From: Dubosiella newyorkensis
GTDB taxonomy: Bacteria > Bacillota_I > Bacilli_A > Erysipelotrichales > Erysipelotrichaceae
Reading direction: 5' to 3'
Length of the DNA: 32,000 nt
Assembly (NCBI RefSeq): GCF_001945605.1
Contig: NZ_MPKA01000113.1
Coordinates: 1-32,000, forward strand
Both the position numbers and the translations under genes were made by a program. The first letter of the stretch is position 1; the number at the start of each line of letters is the position of its first letter. Positions 8,516-16,887 of this stretch are shown here, piece after piece. The notes below the pieces were generated by a model that worked only from the letters and a program-made list of their open reading frames with translations, was not told the origin of the DNA and ran no database searches.

Positions 8516-8762
8516 AAAACGCAATCTCCTTCTTTTTGTTCTTATTCTTATTATACTTGATTCGAACAAGATAGGACTCGAAGGATGCTATGATTGAAGA
8601 TCTGATGAGTTTTTTTTGTTTATAAACGTTGAGCAATGTGGGCAATCCAAGACTATAGATGGAATGAAATTGATACTTATAAGCATAATAACAGCATAAA
8701 TTAAAAAAGTAGAGTATAATTTGAATTAATGATTTAATTAATCATGTTTTGTTAAAGGAGGA

Positions 8763-10016
8763 ATGCAGTTGAATCTACATAAAAAAGCTTGGAAAATCGC
8801 ATTGGCCTATGTTGGGATCATTGTTGGAGCTGGACTATCATCTGGACAAGATCTCATGCAATACTTCGTGAGTTTTGGCTACAAAGGAATCATCGGTGTC
8901 TTGGGGCTCGCGGCTCTTAATATGATATTTGGCAAAATTATTCTGGGAACTGGCTGCTATTATCATGCCGATAGTCACGATGAAGTGCTAGCCCAAATCG
9001 CACATCCACTCACAAAAAAAATTTTAGACATAACCCTTGTCCTCTCAGGTTTTGTGATCGGGTTTGTTATGATCGCAGGAGCGGGTTCAAATCTACAACA
9101 ACAATTCAACCTTCCTTTCTGGATGGGCGGATTGATCTGCTCATTATTGATCATTTTGGTAAGTTTTTTTGATTTCAAGAAGATCATGAATGTACTTGGA
9201 ATATTCACTCCGATCTTGATCGTGATGATCTTAGGAATTTTCATCTATACATTTTGGGGGAAAACGTACGATTTTAATGAAATGAATGCGATCGCTCAAA
9301 CACTCCCTTCTTCATTACCAAATATTTGGATTTCTGTTCTTAACTATTTTTCTTTATGCGCCATAACAGCTGTTTCGATGGCGTTTATTCTTGGAAGTTC
9401 ATTGGTTCGGATCAAAGTCGCCAAAGAAGGCGGCCTGATCGGAGGCTTTTTGATTGGTCTGATCATTACTTTAGCGACGCTTGTTTTATTCGCGAAAGTC
9501 AATGTCGTCAAAGACGCTCAAATTCCGATGCTCGTCTTAGTGCAACAAATCTCTCCTGTTTTTGCGACCATTTATGCGTTCGTCATTTTCGCTTTGATCT
9601 TCAACACAGCCTTCTCTCTTTTTTATTCGCTCGCTTCACGACTCGCGAAAGGGAATCAAAAGAAAATGCGTCTCTATTTGATCGGATTGGTCATGATCGG
9701 ATACGCTCTAAGCTTCGTCGGTTTCAAACAGCTTATTTCTGGCTTCTATCCTATTTTGGGATATTTAGGAATGGTGTTGCTCGTTGTGTTGCTGAGAAGC
9801 TGGATCGTAAGCCGAAAAGATCGTCAACAAGAACAAAAAGTGCGGCAAAAGCTCGTTAAACTCGCTCAAATAAAACTACATCCAAATAAATATTTTGGAA
9901 AGAAAGAACAAATCGAATATAAACGCTTGGAAAATTTATCAGTCGCTAAAGATGAAAATATAGTTGAAGATATTGAGCAAACTTTGATTCAAGAAGGAGC
10001 GATTCCGAATAGTTGA
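8763..10016 (+). CDS. YkvI-family polytopic membrane protein (putative transporter) with charged C-terminal tail
   Basis: 417 aa. The N-terminal motif AYVGIIVGAGLSSGQDLMQYF resembles YkvI-type proteins. There are ~11 hydrophobic segments and a ~70-aa Lys/Glu/Gln-rich C-terminal extension. An SD (AAAGGAGGA) is present. Confidence 0.7.
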   Translation: MQLNLHKKAWKIALAYVGIIVGAGLSSGQDLMQYFVSFGYKGIIGVLGLAALNMIFGKIILGTGCYYHADSHDEVLAQIAHPLTKKILDITLVLSGFVIGFVMIAGAGSNLQQQFNLPFWMGGLICSLLIILVSFFDFKKIMNVLGIFTPILIVMILGIFIYTFWGKTYDFNEMNAIAQTLPSSLPNIWISVLNYFSLCAITAVSMAFILGSSLVRIKVAKEGGLIGGFLIGLIITLATLVLFAKVNVVKDAQIPMLVLVQQISPVFATIYAFVIFALIFNTAFSLFYSLASRLAKGNQKKMRLYLIGLVMIGYALSFVGFKQLISGFYPILGYLGMVLLVVLLRSWIVSRKDRQQEQKVRQKLVKLAQIKLHPNKYFGKKEQIEYKRLENLSVAKDENIVEDIEQTLIQEGAIPNS

Positions 10017-10473
10017 TCGAAAATCCCACATATAAGACCACTTTGACCACTTGCTTGAAAGAAGGAAAAGAGCGAGTTATTATGAAGGTGCCAAAAGAAA
10101 AGGTTAAAACATAGAAAGAAATCTACAAAGGATCGAAGAAAAAAAGAAAACTTCCTCGACACAAAAGTCGTAAAAATGAACGAGAAGCTCTAGTAAACAA
10201 TGATCAACAGATCATAAAAGCAAGTCTATCGGCTGTAAAGAAAGCGATAGGCTGAAGAAAAAAAGAATGCTAGGCAAGGAAGAAGAAGCCGCGGACAATT
10301 CAAAGTGGAAAAGGCGAAATCGATACCAAGTAGAAGACGATCTATGCAGGATCGAATGAAACGTCTAAAAAAGGACTCGGGTATCGAGGGAAAACAATAA
10401 AAAGAAAATAAGAAATGACGGAAAATCATTCATCCAATAACAAAGAAAAGAGCTCTTTGGAGCTCTTTTTTTT
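10014..10473 (+). repeat. Direct repeat copy A: ~460-nt purine-rich non-coding unit ending in an intrinsic terminator
   Basis: About 95% identical to 10606-11066. Stops occur in all plus-strand frames. Short hairpins lie at 10156-69, 10200-13, 10225-49, 10338-54 and 10376-88. The terminator is AAAAGAGCTCtttgGAGCTCTTTTTTTT at 10446-10473. Confidence 0.9.
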
Positions 10474-10605
10474 ATGCTTAAAAGGCATTGAATCATGAAA
10501 AACTAAGCATTTTACAAATTGTCTGTCCTTTATTTTAATGAGGACGTTAGGAGGAAATGATGTATTGGGCTCGATTGAAAAACGGTGTATGAAAAAAGTT
10601 CCAAG

Positions 10606-11066
10606 TGATCTAAAAATCCCACATATAAGACCACTTTGACCACTTGCTTGAAAGAAGGAAAAGAGCGAGTTATTATGAAGGAGCCAAAAGAAAAGGTTAA
10701 AACATAGAAAGAAATCTACAAAAGGTCGAAGAAAAAAGAAAACTTCCTCGACACAAAAGTCGTAAAAATGAACGAGAAGCTCTAGTAAACAATGATCAAC
10801 AGATCATAAAAGCAAGTCTATCGGCTGTAAAGAAAGCGATGGGCTGAAGAAAAAAAGAATGCTGGGCAAGGAAGAAGAAGCCACGGACAATTCAAAGTGG
10901 AAAAGACGAAATCGATCCCAAGTAGAAAACGATCTATGTAGGATCGAATGAAACGTCAAAAAATAGAACTCGAGTATCGAGGGAAAAACAATAAAAGAAA
11001 ATAAAAAATGACGGAAAATCATTCATCCAATAACAAAGAAAAGAGCTCTTCATAGCTCTTTTTTCT
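10606..11066 (+). repeat. Direct repeat copy B of the same unit, with its own terminator
   Basis: It aligns end-to-end with copy A at an offset of ~592 nt. The copies differ by roughly a dozen substitutions, mostly A/G transitions, and by several 1-nt indels in A-runs. The terminator is AGAGCTcttcatAGCTCTTTTTTC, ending ~11066. Confidence 0.9.
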
Positions 11067-11105
11067 TTGTTTTTCAGCGGTTTTCTGAAAATATTGAAAA
11101 GGAGC

Positions 11106-11134
11106 TTGACTTTGTTTCTTCCGACTTTTATTAT
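11106..11134 (+). promoter_or_regulatory. Sigma-A promoter of the leu operon leader
   Basis: TTGACT (11106-11111), a 17-nt spacer, then TATTAT (11129-11134). Confidence 0.6.
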
Positions 11135-11140
11135 GTTTTT

Positions 11141-11420
11141 ACACGAATTGAATTGAGTATGAATATTCAAAGACGTTGAAGAGGAAATTGAAAGATAGAT
11201 CTCCTTTGTAGAGAGTTGCTGGCAGGTGAAAAGCAACAAGGCCGTATCGTTCATCTCGCCTCGGAGTTGGTGAAGTGAAAAAAGTAATTTCACACGGAAG
11301 CCTACCGTTAAAAGGGAAGCAGTTGTTGGACTGTAAAGAGGTCACACATTGTGGCAATGAGAGTGGTACCGCGGGTTAACTCGTCTCTCAAGGTTTGCCT
11401 TGAAGACGAGTTTTTATTTT
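11141..11420 (+). promoter_or_regulatory. T-box riboswitch leader (leucine-specific) with terminator/antiterminator
   Basis: Stem I elements are AGAGAG (11210-15) and GGTGAAAA (11225-32). The T-box sequence AATGAGAGTGGTACCGCGGG lies at 11356-11375. The terminator is CTCGTCTCTCAAGGtttgCCTTGAAGACGAG followed by TTTTT, at 11379-11420. Candidate CUC (Leu) specifier codons lie at 11255-57 and 11260-62. Confidence 0.85.
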
Positions 11421-11453
11421 GTCTTTAAGGAAGAAATAAGGAGGAATAAGAAG

Positions 11454-13121
11454 ATGATGGATGCAAGCAAATACGCTCCAGGTTATTACCCACCCAAAGA
11501 AAACGAATACCGCTGGGTGAAAAAAGATCACGTTGAACAAGCCCCAATATGGTGCTCGGTCGATCTGCGCGACGGAAACCAAGCTCTTGTCGTTCCGATG
11601 GATCTTGAAGAAAAGCTCGAGTTTTATAAAATGCTCGTCGCGATCGGATTCAAAGAGATCGAAGTCGGGTTTCCTGCCGCCTCTGAAACAGAATATGAAT
11701 TTTTAAGGACTCTCATCGACAACGATATGATCCCCGAAGATGTCACGATCCAAGTCTTGACGCAATGCCGCGATCATATCATCCGAAAAACATTTGAAGC
11801 GGTAAAGGGAGCGCCCCGCGCCATCATCCATTTTTATAACTCGACATCCGTCGCCCAACGCGAACAAGTCTTTAAAAAATCAAAAGAAGAAATCAAGCAA
11901 ATCGCGATCGAAGGCGCCAAACTCGTTAAAAAACTTTCCCAAGAATATGAAGGCAACTTCCTATTCGAATATTCTCCAGAAAGTTTTACGGGAACCGAAC
12001 CTGATTACGCGTTAGAAGTATGCAATGCGGTGCTCGATGTCATGCAGCCAACACCAGACAAACCAATGATCATCAATTTGCCTGTTACGGTCGAAATGTC
12101 AATGCCGCATATCTATGCCAACCAAATCGAATATTGTTCAGACCGATTGAACTATCGCGACAGCGTGATCTTGTCCACCCACCCTCATAACGATCGAGGA
12201 ACGGGAGTTGCCGACACGGAACTTGCTTTATTGGCAGGCGCTCAGCGCGTCGAATGCTGCTTGTTTGGAAATGGAGAAAGAACCGGAAACGTGGATGCGA
12301 TCACTCTAGCGATGAATATGTATACGCATGGCGTCGATCCAAAGCTCGACTTTTCCAATATGCCAGAAATCGTAGAAATCTATGAACGAGTTTGTCGGAT
12401 GCCTGTCTCTGATCGCCAGCCTTATGCGGGAAATCTTGTTTTCGCCGCATTCTCTGGCTCTCATCAAGACGCGATCGCCAAAGGCATGCATTATCGAGAA
12501 GACAAGGAACTGCATCAATGGAGCGTGCCTTATATTCCATTAGATCCTCACGATATTTCTCGGACCTACGACGCGGATGTGATCCGCATCAACTCTCAAT
12601 CTGGAAAAGGAGGCATCGGATACATCTTAGAGACAGCGTATGGATATACATTGCCGGCCAAGATGCGCGAGCATTTTGGATACACGGTAAAAAGCGTCTC
12701 TGATCATGCTCATAAAGAACTCGCGCCAGAAGAAGTGCTCGAAATCTTTGAAAAAACATACCTAAACAAAGATATTCCTGTCTATGTTCGAGAAGCCCAT
12801 TTCCAGCAAGGACCACTTACGAGCGCACATGTGACCGCATTGATCGGCGGAAAGAAGATGGAACTCACCGCTCGCGGGAACGGACGCTTAGATGCAGTAT
12901 GCAATGCTTTGAAAGAAGGCCTTGGCATCGAGTTCCGTTTACAAACGTATCAAGAACACGCTCTTGAGCAAGGCTCGCATTCTCGAGCAGCCGGTTATGT
13001 TGGTATCGAATGGGAAGATAGGACATTCACATGGGGCGCTGGAACCGACACCGACATTATACGGGCAAGTATCAAAGCGCTCGTGTCCGCCATCAACAAT
13101 GGATTGAAAGAAGAGGAATAA
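11454..13121 (+). CDS. leuA: 2-isopropylmalate synthase (long, type-2 form)
   Basis: [23 protein letters not shown] and a C-terminal LeuA dimerisation/regulatory domain are present. I start it at ATGATG 11454 (SD AAGGAGGA). The track's TTG at 11400 would run through the T-box terminator. Confidence 0.93.
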   Translation: MMDASKYAPGYYPPKENEYRWVKKDHVEQAPIWCSVDLRDGNQALVVPMDLEEKLEFYKMLVAIGFKEIEVGFPAASETEYEFLRTLIDNDMIPEDVTIQVLTQCRDHIIRKTFEAVKGAPRAIIHFYNSTSVAQREQVFKKSKEEIKQIAIEGAKLVKKLSQEYEGNFLFEYSPESFTGTEPDYALEVCNAVLDVMQPTPDKPMIINLPVTVEMSMPHIYANQIEYCSDRLNYRDSVILSTHPHNDRGTGVADTELALLAGAQRVECCLFGNGERTGNVDAITLAMNMYTHGVDPKLDFSNMPEIVEIYERVCRMPVSDRQPYAGNLVFAAFSGSHQDAIAKGMHYREDKELHQWSVPYIPLDPHDISRTYDADVIRINSQSGKGGIGYILETAYGYTLPAKMREHFGYTVKSVSDHAHKELAPEEVLEIFEKTYLNKDIPVYVREAHFQQGPLTSAHVTALIGGKKMELTARGNGRLDAVCNALKEGLGIEFRLQTYQEHALEQGSHSRAAGYVGIEWEDRTFTWGAGTDTDIIRASIKALVSAINNGLKEEE

Positions 13122-13125
13122 GATC

Positions 13126-14388
13126 ATGCCAATGACAATGTCACAAAAAATACTCGCTGACCATGCCGGACTCGAATCTGTGAAGCCTGGCCAATTGATC
13201 GAAGTCGAACTCGATGCCGTTTTAGGAAACGACATCACTACACCTGTCGCTATCAAAGAATTTGAAAAAGCCGGCTTTGATTCTGTATTCGATCAAGAAA
13301 AAATCAATATCGTCCTTGACCACTTTGTTCCGAACAAAGACATTAAGGCCGCCCAACAATCGGCTACTTGTCGCAAATTCGCCAACACCTACAACATCAA
13401 AAACTTCTTTGACGTAGGAAAAATGGGAATCGAACACGCGCTTTTACCAGAACAAGGCATTGTGACAGCAGGCGATTGTATTATTGGCGCCGACTCTCAC
13501 ACTTGTACGTATGGAGCTTTAGGGGCTTTTTCGACGGGCGTAGGATCGACGGATATGGCTGCAGGCATGGCGACAGGAAAAGCTTGGTTCAAAGTGCCTT
13601 CAGCCATCAAAGTCGAACTGAGCGGAACTCTTCCTGATCGCGTCTCAGGAAAAGATGTGATCCTCGATTTGATCGGAAAGATCGGTGTCGATGGAGCGCT
13701 CTATCAATCTTTAGAATTCATGGGCGAAGGAGTGAAGAGCTTAACGATGGACGATCGCCTATGCATCTGCAATATGGCTATCGAAGCGGGCGCGAAAAAT
13801 GGGATCTTCCCAGTCGATCAAGTGACGTTCGATTATTTAGAAGGCCGAAGCCAAAGGGCGTGGAAGATCTATGAAGCGGATGAAGACGCTTCTTATACGC
13901 AAACGATCCATATCGATCTTTCAACACTCGAGCCTACGGTCGCTTATCCGCATCTTCCAGAGAATACACATCTAGCCAAAGAAGGAAAAGATATTCGGAT
14001 CGATCAAGTCGTGATCGGCTCTTGCACCAACGGTCGCTTGGAAGATATGGAAGCCGCCTATAAGATCTTGAAAGGAAAACAGATCAAAGAAGGGGTTCGT
14101 GCCATCATCATTCCGGCTACGATGGAAATTTATAAAGAATGCATCAAACGTGGATATACCGAAGCGTTTATCGATGCGGGATGTGTCGTATCAACACCGA
14201 CTTGCGGACCGTGTCTTGGCGGATATATGGGGATCTTAGCCGAAAAAGAGCGATGCATCTCCACCACGAATCGCAACTTTGTCGGCCGAATGGGGCATAC
14301 AAGCTCCGAAGTGTATTTGGCAAGTCCTTATACAGCAGCCGCTTCCGCGCTGACAGGCTATATTTGCGATCCAAGAGAGGTAGATTAA
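13126..14388 (+). CDS. leuC: 3-isopropylmalate dehydratase large subunit (short ~420-aa type)
   Basis: Aconitase-family motifs: [46 protein letters not shown]. Confidence 0.93.
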   Translation: MPMTMSQKILADHAGLESVKPGQLIEVELDAVLGNDITTPVAIKEFEKAGFDSVFDQEKINIVLDHFVPNKDIKAAQQSATCRKFANTYNIKNFFDVGKMGIEHALLPEQGIVTAGDCIIGADSHTCTYGALGAFSTGVGSTDMAAGMATGKAWFKVPSAIKVELSGTLPDRVSGKDVILDLIGKIGVDGALYQSLEFMGEGVKSLTMDDRLCICNMAIEAGAKNGIFPVDQVTFDYLEGRSQRAWKIYEADEDASYTQTIHIDLSTLEPTVAYPHLPENTHLAKEGKDIRIDQVVIGSCTNGRLEDMEAAYKILKGKQIKEGVRAIIIPATMEIYKECIKRGYTEAFIDAGCVVSTPTCGPCLGGYMGILAEKERCISTTNRNFVGRMGHTSSEVYLASPYTAAASALTGYICDPREVD

Positions 14389-14389
14389 G

Positions 14390-14881
14390 ATGGAAAATGT
14401 ACAAGGAAAAGTATTTAAATTTAAAGACAACGTCGATACGGATGTGATCATTCCCGCTCGATATTTGAATACGGCTGATCCGGAAGAACTCGCCCTCCAT
14501 TGTATGGAAGATATCGATCCCAACTTTGTAAAAAAAGTGAAAAAGAACGATTTGATCGTGGCGGGATGGAATTTTGGATGCGGGTCCTCTCGTGAACACG
14601 CCCCATTAGCCATCAAAGAAGCAGGTGTTGGCTGCGTGATCGCCAAAAGCTTCGCGCGTATTTTCTATCGAAACTCGATCAATATCGGCATGCCCATCCT
14701 TGAATGTAAAGAAGCGGTCGATGGGATCGAAGAAGGCGACGAAGTGCATGTCGATTTTAAAACGGGCGTCATTCATGATTTGAGCAATGGAAAGTCGTGG
14801 CAAGCTGAACCATTCCCTGAATTCATTCAAAAGATCATCGACGCTGGTGGTCTGATGCTTTCGATACGGGAGGGAAATTGA
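14390..14881 (+). CDS. leuD: 3-isopropylmalate dehydratase small subunit
   Basis: 163 aa. [14 protein letters not shown] and [12 protein letters not shown] swivel-domain motifs are present. It starts 1 nt after the leuC stop. Confidence 0.93.
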   Translation: MENVQGKVFKFKDNVDTDVIIPARYLNTADPEELALHCMEDIDPNFVKKVKKNDLIVAGWNFGCGSSREHAPLAIKEAGVGCVIAKSFARIFYRNSINIGMPILECKEAVDGIEEGDEVHVDFKTGVIHDLSNGKSWQAEPFPEFIQKIIDAGGLMLSIREGN

Positions 14882-15960
14882 TGCATAAAAAAATTGGTGT
14901 GATCTGGGGAGACTGCGCTTCGAAAGAAATCGTCGCTCAAGCGCTCTCTGTTTTAGAAGCGATCGAAAAAAAATACGGACACGAGTTTGAATATACAAAG
15001 ATCTTGATGGGTGGAGAAGCGATCGATGAAATGGGCGAGCCGCTTCCGCAAAGTCAGCTCAATCTCTGCCTTGAACAAGATTCTGTCTTGCTTGGCGCGA
15101 TCGGAGGACCTAAATGGGAAGGGCTTCCTGGACATCTTCGACCCGAAAAAGGTCTTCTTAAATTAAGAGAAGGAATGGGGTTGTACGCCAACAATCGGCC
15201 AGCCAAGATCTGGCCACAGCTTTCGGAAGCATCCCCTTTGAAAAAAGAAATCGTCGATCAAGGAATCGACTTTATCATCGTAAGAGAACTCATTGGAGGC
15301 GCTTATTTTGGCAAACACGAGCTGTATGAAATCGATGGCGAAAAGATCGCGATGGATACGATGCCCTATTCAGAGCACGAGATCGAAAGAATCGGAAAGA
15401 TCGCTTTTGAAACCGCGCAAAAAAGGAATAAGAAGTTATGCATGGTCGACAAACACAATGTTTTGGAGACTTCGCGTTTATGGGCATCCGTCTTTGATCG
15501 ACTCAAAGAACAATATCCGGACGTCGAGTATTCCACAATGTTCGTAGACAACGCTGCCATGCAGATCTGTAAAAATCCAAGTCAATTCGACGTGATCGTG
15601 ACCGAAAACCTATTTGGCGATATTTTGAGCGATGAAGCCAGTGAAATCACTGGCAGCATTGGCATGATCCCAAGCTCTTCTTTAGGAGAGACTTCAAATG
15701 GATTGTATGAACCGATCCACGGATCCGCTCCAGATATTGCAGGAAAAGATGTGATCAATCCGATCGCTTGCATCTTATCGGCTGCGATGATGCTTCGTTA
15801 TTCGTTCGATATGTCAAAAGAAGCGGACGATATCGAGCAAGCTGTCGACAGCGTGCTTACAAAAGGCTATCGTACAGCCGATATGATGTCCGAAGGCATG
15901 AAGCAAGTGGGAACCAAAGAAATGGGTGCTTTAATCAGAAAAGAAATCGAATCTTGTTAA
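14881..15960 (+). CDS. leuB: 3-isopropylmalate dehydrogenase
   Basis: LLGAIGGPKWE, VRELIGGAYFG, VDKHNVLETSRLW, NLFGDILSDEAS and HGSAPDIAGK motifs are present. The ATG at 14881 overlaps the leuD TGA (TGATG). Confidence 0.9.
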   Translation: MHKKIGVIWGDCASKEIVAQALSVLEAIEKKYGHEFEYTKILMGGEAIDEMGEPLPQSQLNLCLEQDSVLLGAIGGPKWEGLPGHLRPEKGLLKLREGMGLYANNRPAKIWPQLSEASPLKKEIVDQGIDFIIVRELIGGAYFGKHELYEIDGEKIAMDTMPYSEHEIERIGKIAFETAQKRNKKLCMVDKHNVLETSRLWASVFDRLKEQYPDVEYSTMFVDNAAMQICKNPSQFDVIVTENLFGDILSDEASEITGSIGMIPSSSLGETSNGLYEPIHGSAPDIAGKDVINPIACILSAAMMLRYSFDMSKEADDIEQAVDSVLTKGYRTADMMSEGMKQVGTKEMGALIRKEIESC

Positions 15961-16010
15961 AAATGGCGACAAAGATATGGATTTGCCGCTTTTCGCGTTA
16001 CAATAGAACT

Positions 16011-16826
16011 ATGAAAAAACCATTCGTGCTCAATCGCTTGCTCCACATCAGCAACGAGAGTCATCAAAAAGATACAAATTATTCGATTGCCAAAACGCTG
16101 TGTGATCATTTTTATGAGCTTCCTTCTATGACAATCCAAGAAACAGCGGATCTTTGTTATGTTTCATGCGCTTCGATTTCCCGCTTTGTCCGCTATTTAG
16201 GATATTCTGGCTTTTCGGAATTTAAAGAATCTTGCGCCAAATCGATTGGGATCGAAGCGGATTATTCCAATGAAGTTAAGAAAGCCCAAAAAGAAGACTT
16301 GCTTCCGATCTATACCCGCTTTACAGAGCAAATCCTTTCCAATATCCAAATCGCGTTTTCTGAATTAGATATTGAGCAAATGGATCGGATTTGCGGATGG
16401 ATGCAGAAAGCGGATAAGATTGCGACGCTAGGCCTTGAATTCTCAAGTTTAGTTGGTGAACATATTCAATCCCGCTTAATGCGGATGCACAAGAACGTAC
16501 AGACGAGTCTTGATTTTCAAGAACAAAAAGAAATCGTCCAAAATTTGACCAATAATTCGCTTATCTTTATTCTTTCCATGGAGGCGGGCTATTTGTATCA
16601 CAATCCTGAAATCATCGATTGGATTCAAGCAAAAGGATGTAAAGTTGTTATTATCACGATCAATCCATACAATAAACAGATGCAGTTTGCCGATGAGATC
16701 CTCGTGTGTGGTAAGCAAAACTACAACACCGAAGGGAGGATTTCCTTGCTTTATATGGTTGAACTGCTCTTGATGCACTATTCTATTTCTTATTTTCAAA
16801 ATCTGAAAATGAACCGACCTTCTTGA
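16011..16826 (+). CDS. RpiR/MurR-family transcriptional regulator (HTH_6 + SIS domain)
   Basis: The N-terminal HTH is MTIQETADLCYVSCASISRFVRYLGYSGFSEFK, followed by a SIS-like C-terminal half. The track ORF from 15768 overlaps leuB and is not credible. No SD precedes the ATG at 16011 (see the leaderless finding). Confidence 0.8.
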   Translation: MKKPFVLNRLLHISNESHQKDTNYSIAKTLCDHFYELPSMTIQETADLCYVSCASISRFVRYLGYSGFSEFKESCAKSIGIEADYSNEVKKAQKEDLLPIYTRFTEQILSNIQIAFSELDIEQMDRICGWMQKADKIATLGLEFSSLVGEHIQSRLMRMHKNVQTSLDFQEQKEIVQNLTNNSLIFILSMEAGYLYHNPEIIDWIQAKGCKVVIITINPYNKQMQFADEILVCGKQNYNTEGRISLLYMVELLLMHYSISYFQNLKMNRPS

Positions 16827-16887
16827 TAAGGCGGTTTTTTTCTTCTTTTCTTACAATTAAAACAACAAAAGAAAAGGAGAATTTCAA

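Noticed and set aside
8720-8750. The AT-rich near-repeat TTAATGATTTAATTAATCAT downstream of a TATAAT upstream of the ykvI-like gene, considered as a possible operator.
   Set aside because: It is a direct repeat, not a true inverted repeat, and lies in very AT-rich DNA. There is no second occurrence or cognate regulator to support it.
9356-9859. A 167-aa plus-strand ORF inside the ykvI-like gene. Similar embedded or antisense ORFs occur at 23516..23890, 23657..24187, 26111..26731, 14168..14646 and 17346..17813.
   Set aside because: These are alternative-frame or antisense ORFs inside well-supported genes. Their Arg/Ser/Cys-rich compositions are typical of off-frame translation.
10014-11066. 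The idea that the two repeats are a DGR template/variable repeat pair.
   Set aside because: The differences are bidirectional A/G and C/T transitions plus indels, not adenine-specific changes confined to one copy. No reverse transcriptase or target gene is nearby.
10014-11066. The idea that the purine-rich repeats are CsrA/Rsm-type GGA sponge RNAs.
   Set aside because: There are about 8 GGA motifs per unit, no more than the A/G-rich composition predicts. They are not preferentially placed in hairpin loops.
10226-11357. Minus-strand ORFs in the track (10226..10429, 10804..11022, 10934..11293, 11139..11357) across the repeats and the T-box leader.
   Set aside because: They are Phe/Ser/Leu-rich translations of a pyrimidine-rich antisense strand. 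The two repeat copies differ by 1-nt indels, so the 'proteins' diverge after ~15 residues. The last two overlap the leu promoter and T-box RNA.
11400-11453. The TTG-initiated extension of leuA (MKTSFYFVFKEEIRRNKK).
   Set aside because: It would be translated from the T-box terminator stem and T-run. A strong SD precedes the ATG at 11454.
7558-14271. A possible genomic island integrated at the tmRNA 3' end. An 11-mer, CATCTCCACCA, from the tmRNA 3' end recurs at about 14257-14267.
   Set aside because: The second copy lies inside a conserved leuC coding motif (CISTTNRNF) and would split the leu operon. No integrase or phage genes are present, and the match is too short for an att site.
15768-16010. 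The N-terminal 81-aa extension of the RpiR ORF in the track.
   Set aside because: It overlaps the 3' end of leuB in another frame, and the Arg/Cys-rich sequence is not protein-like. The RpiR HTH spacing fits the ATG at 16011.
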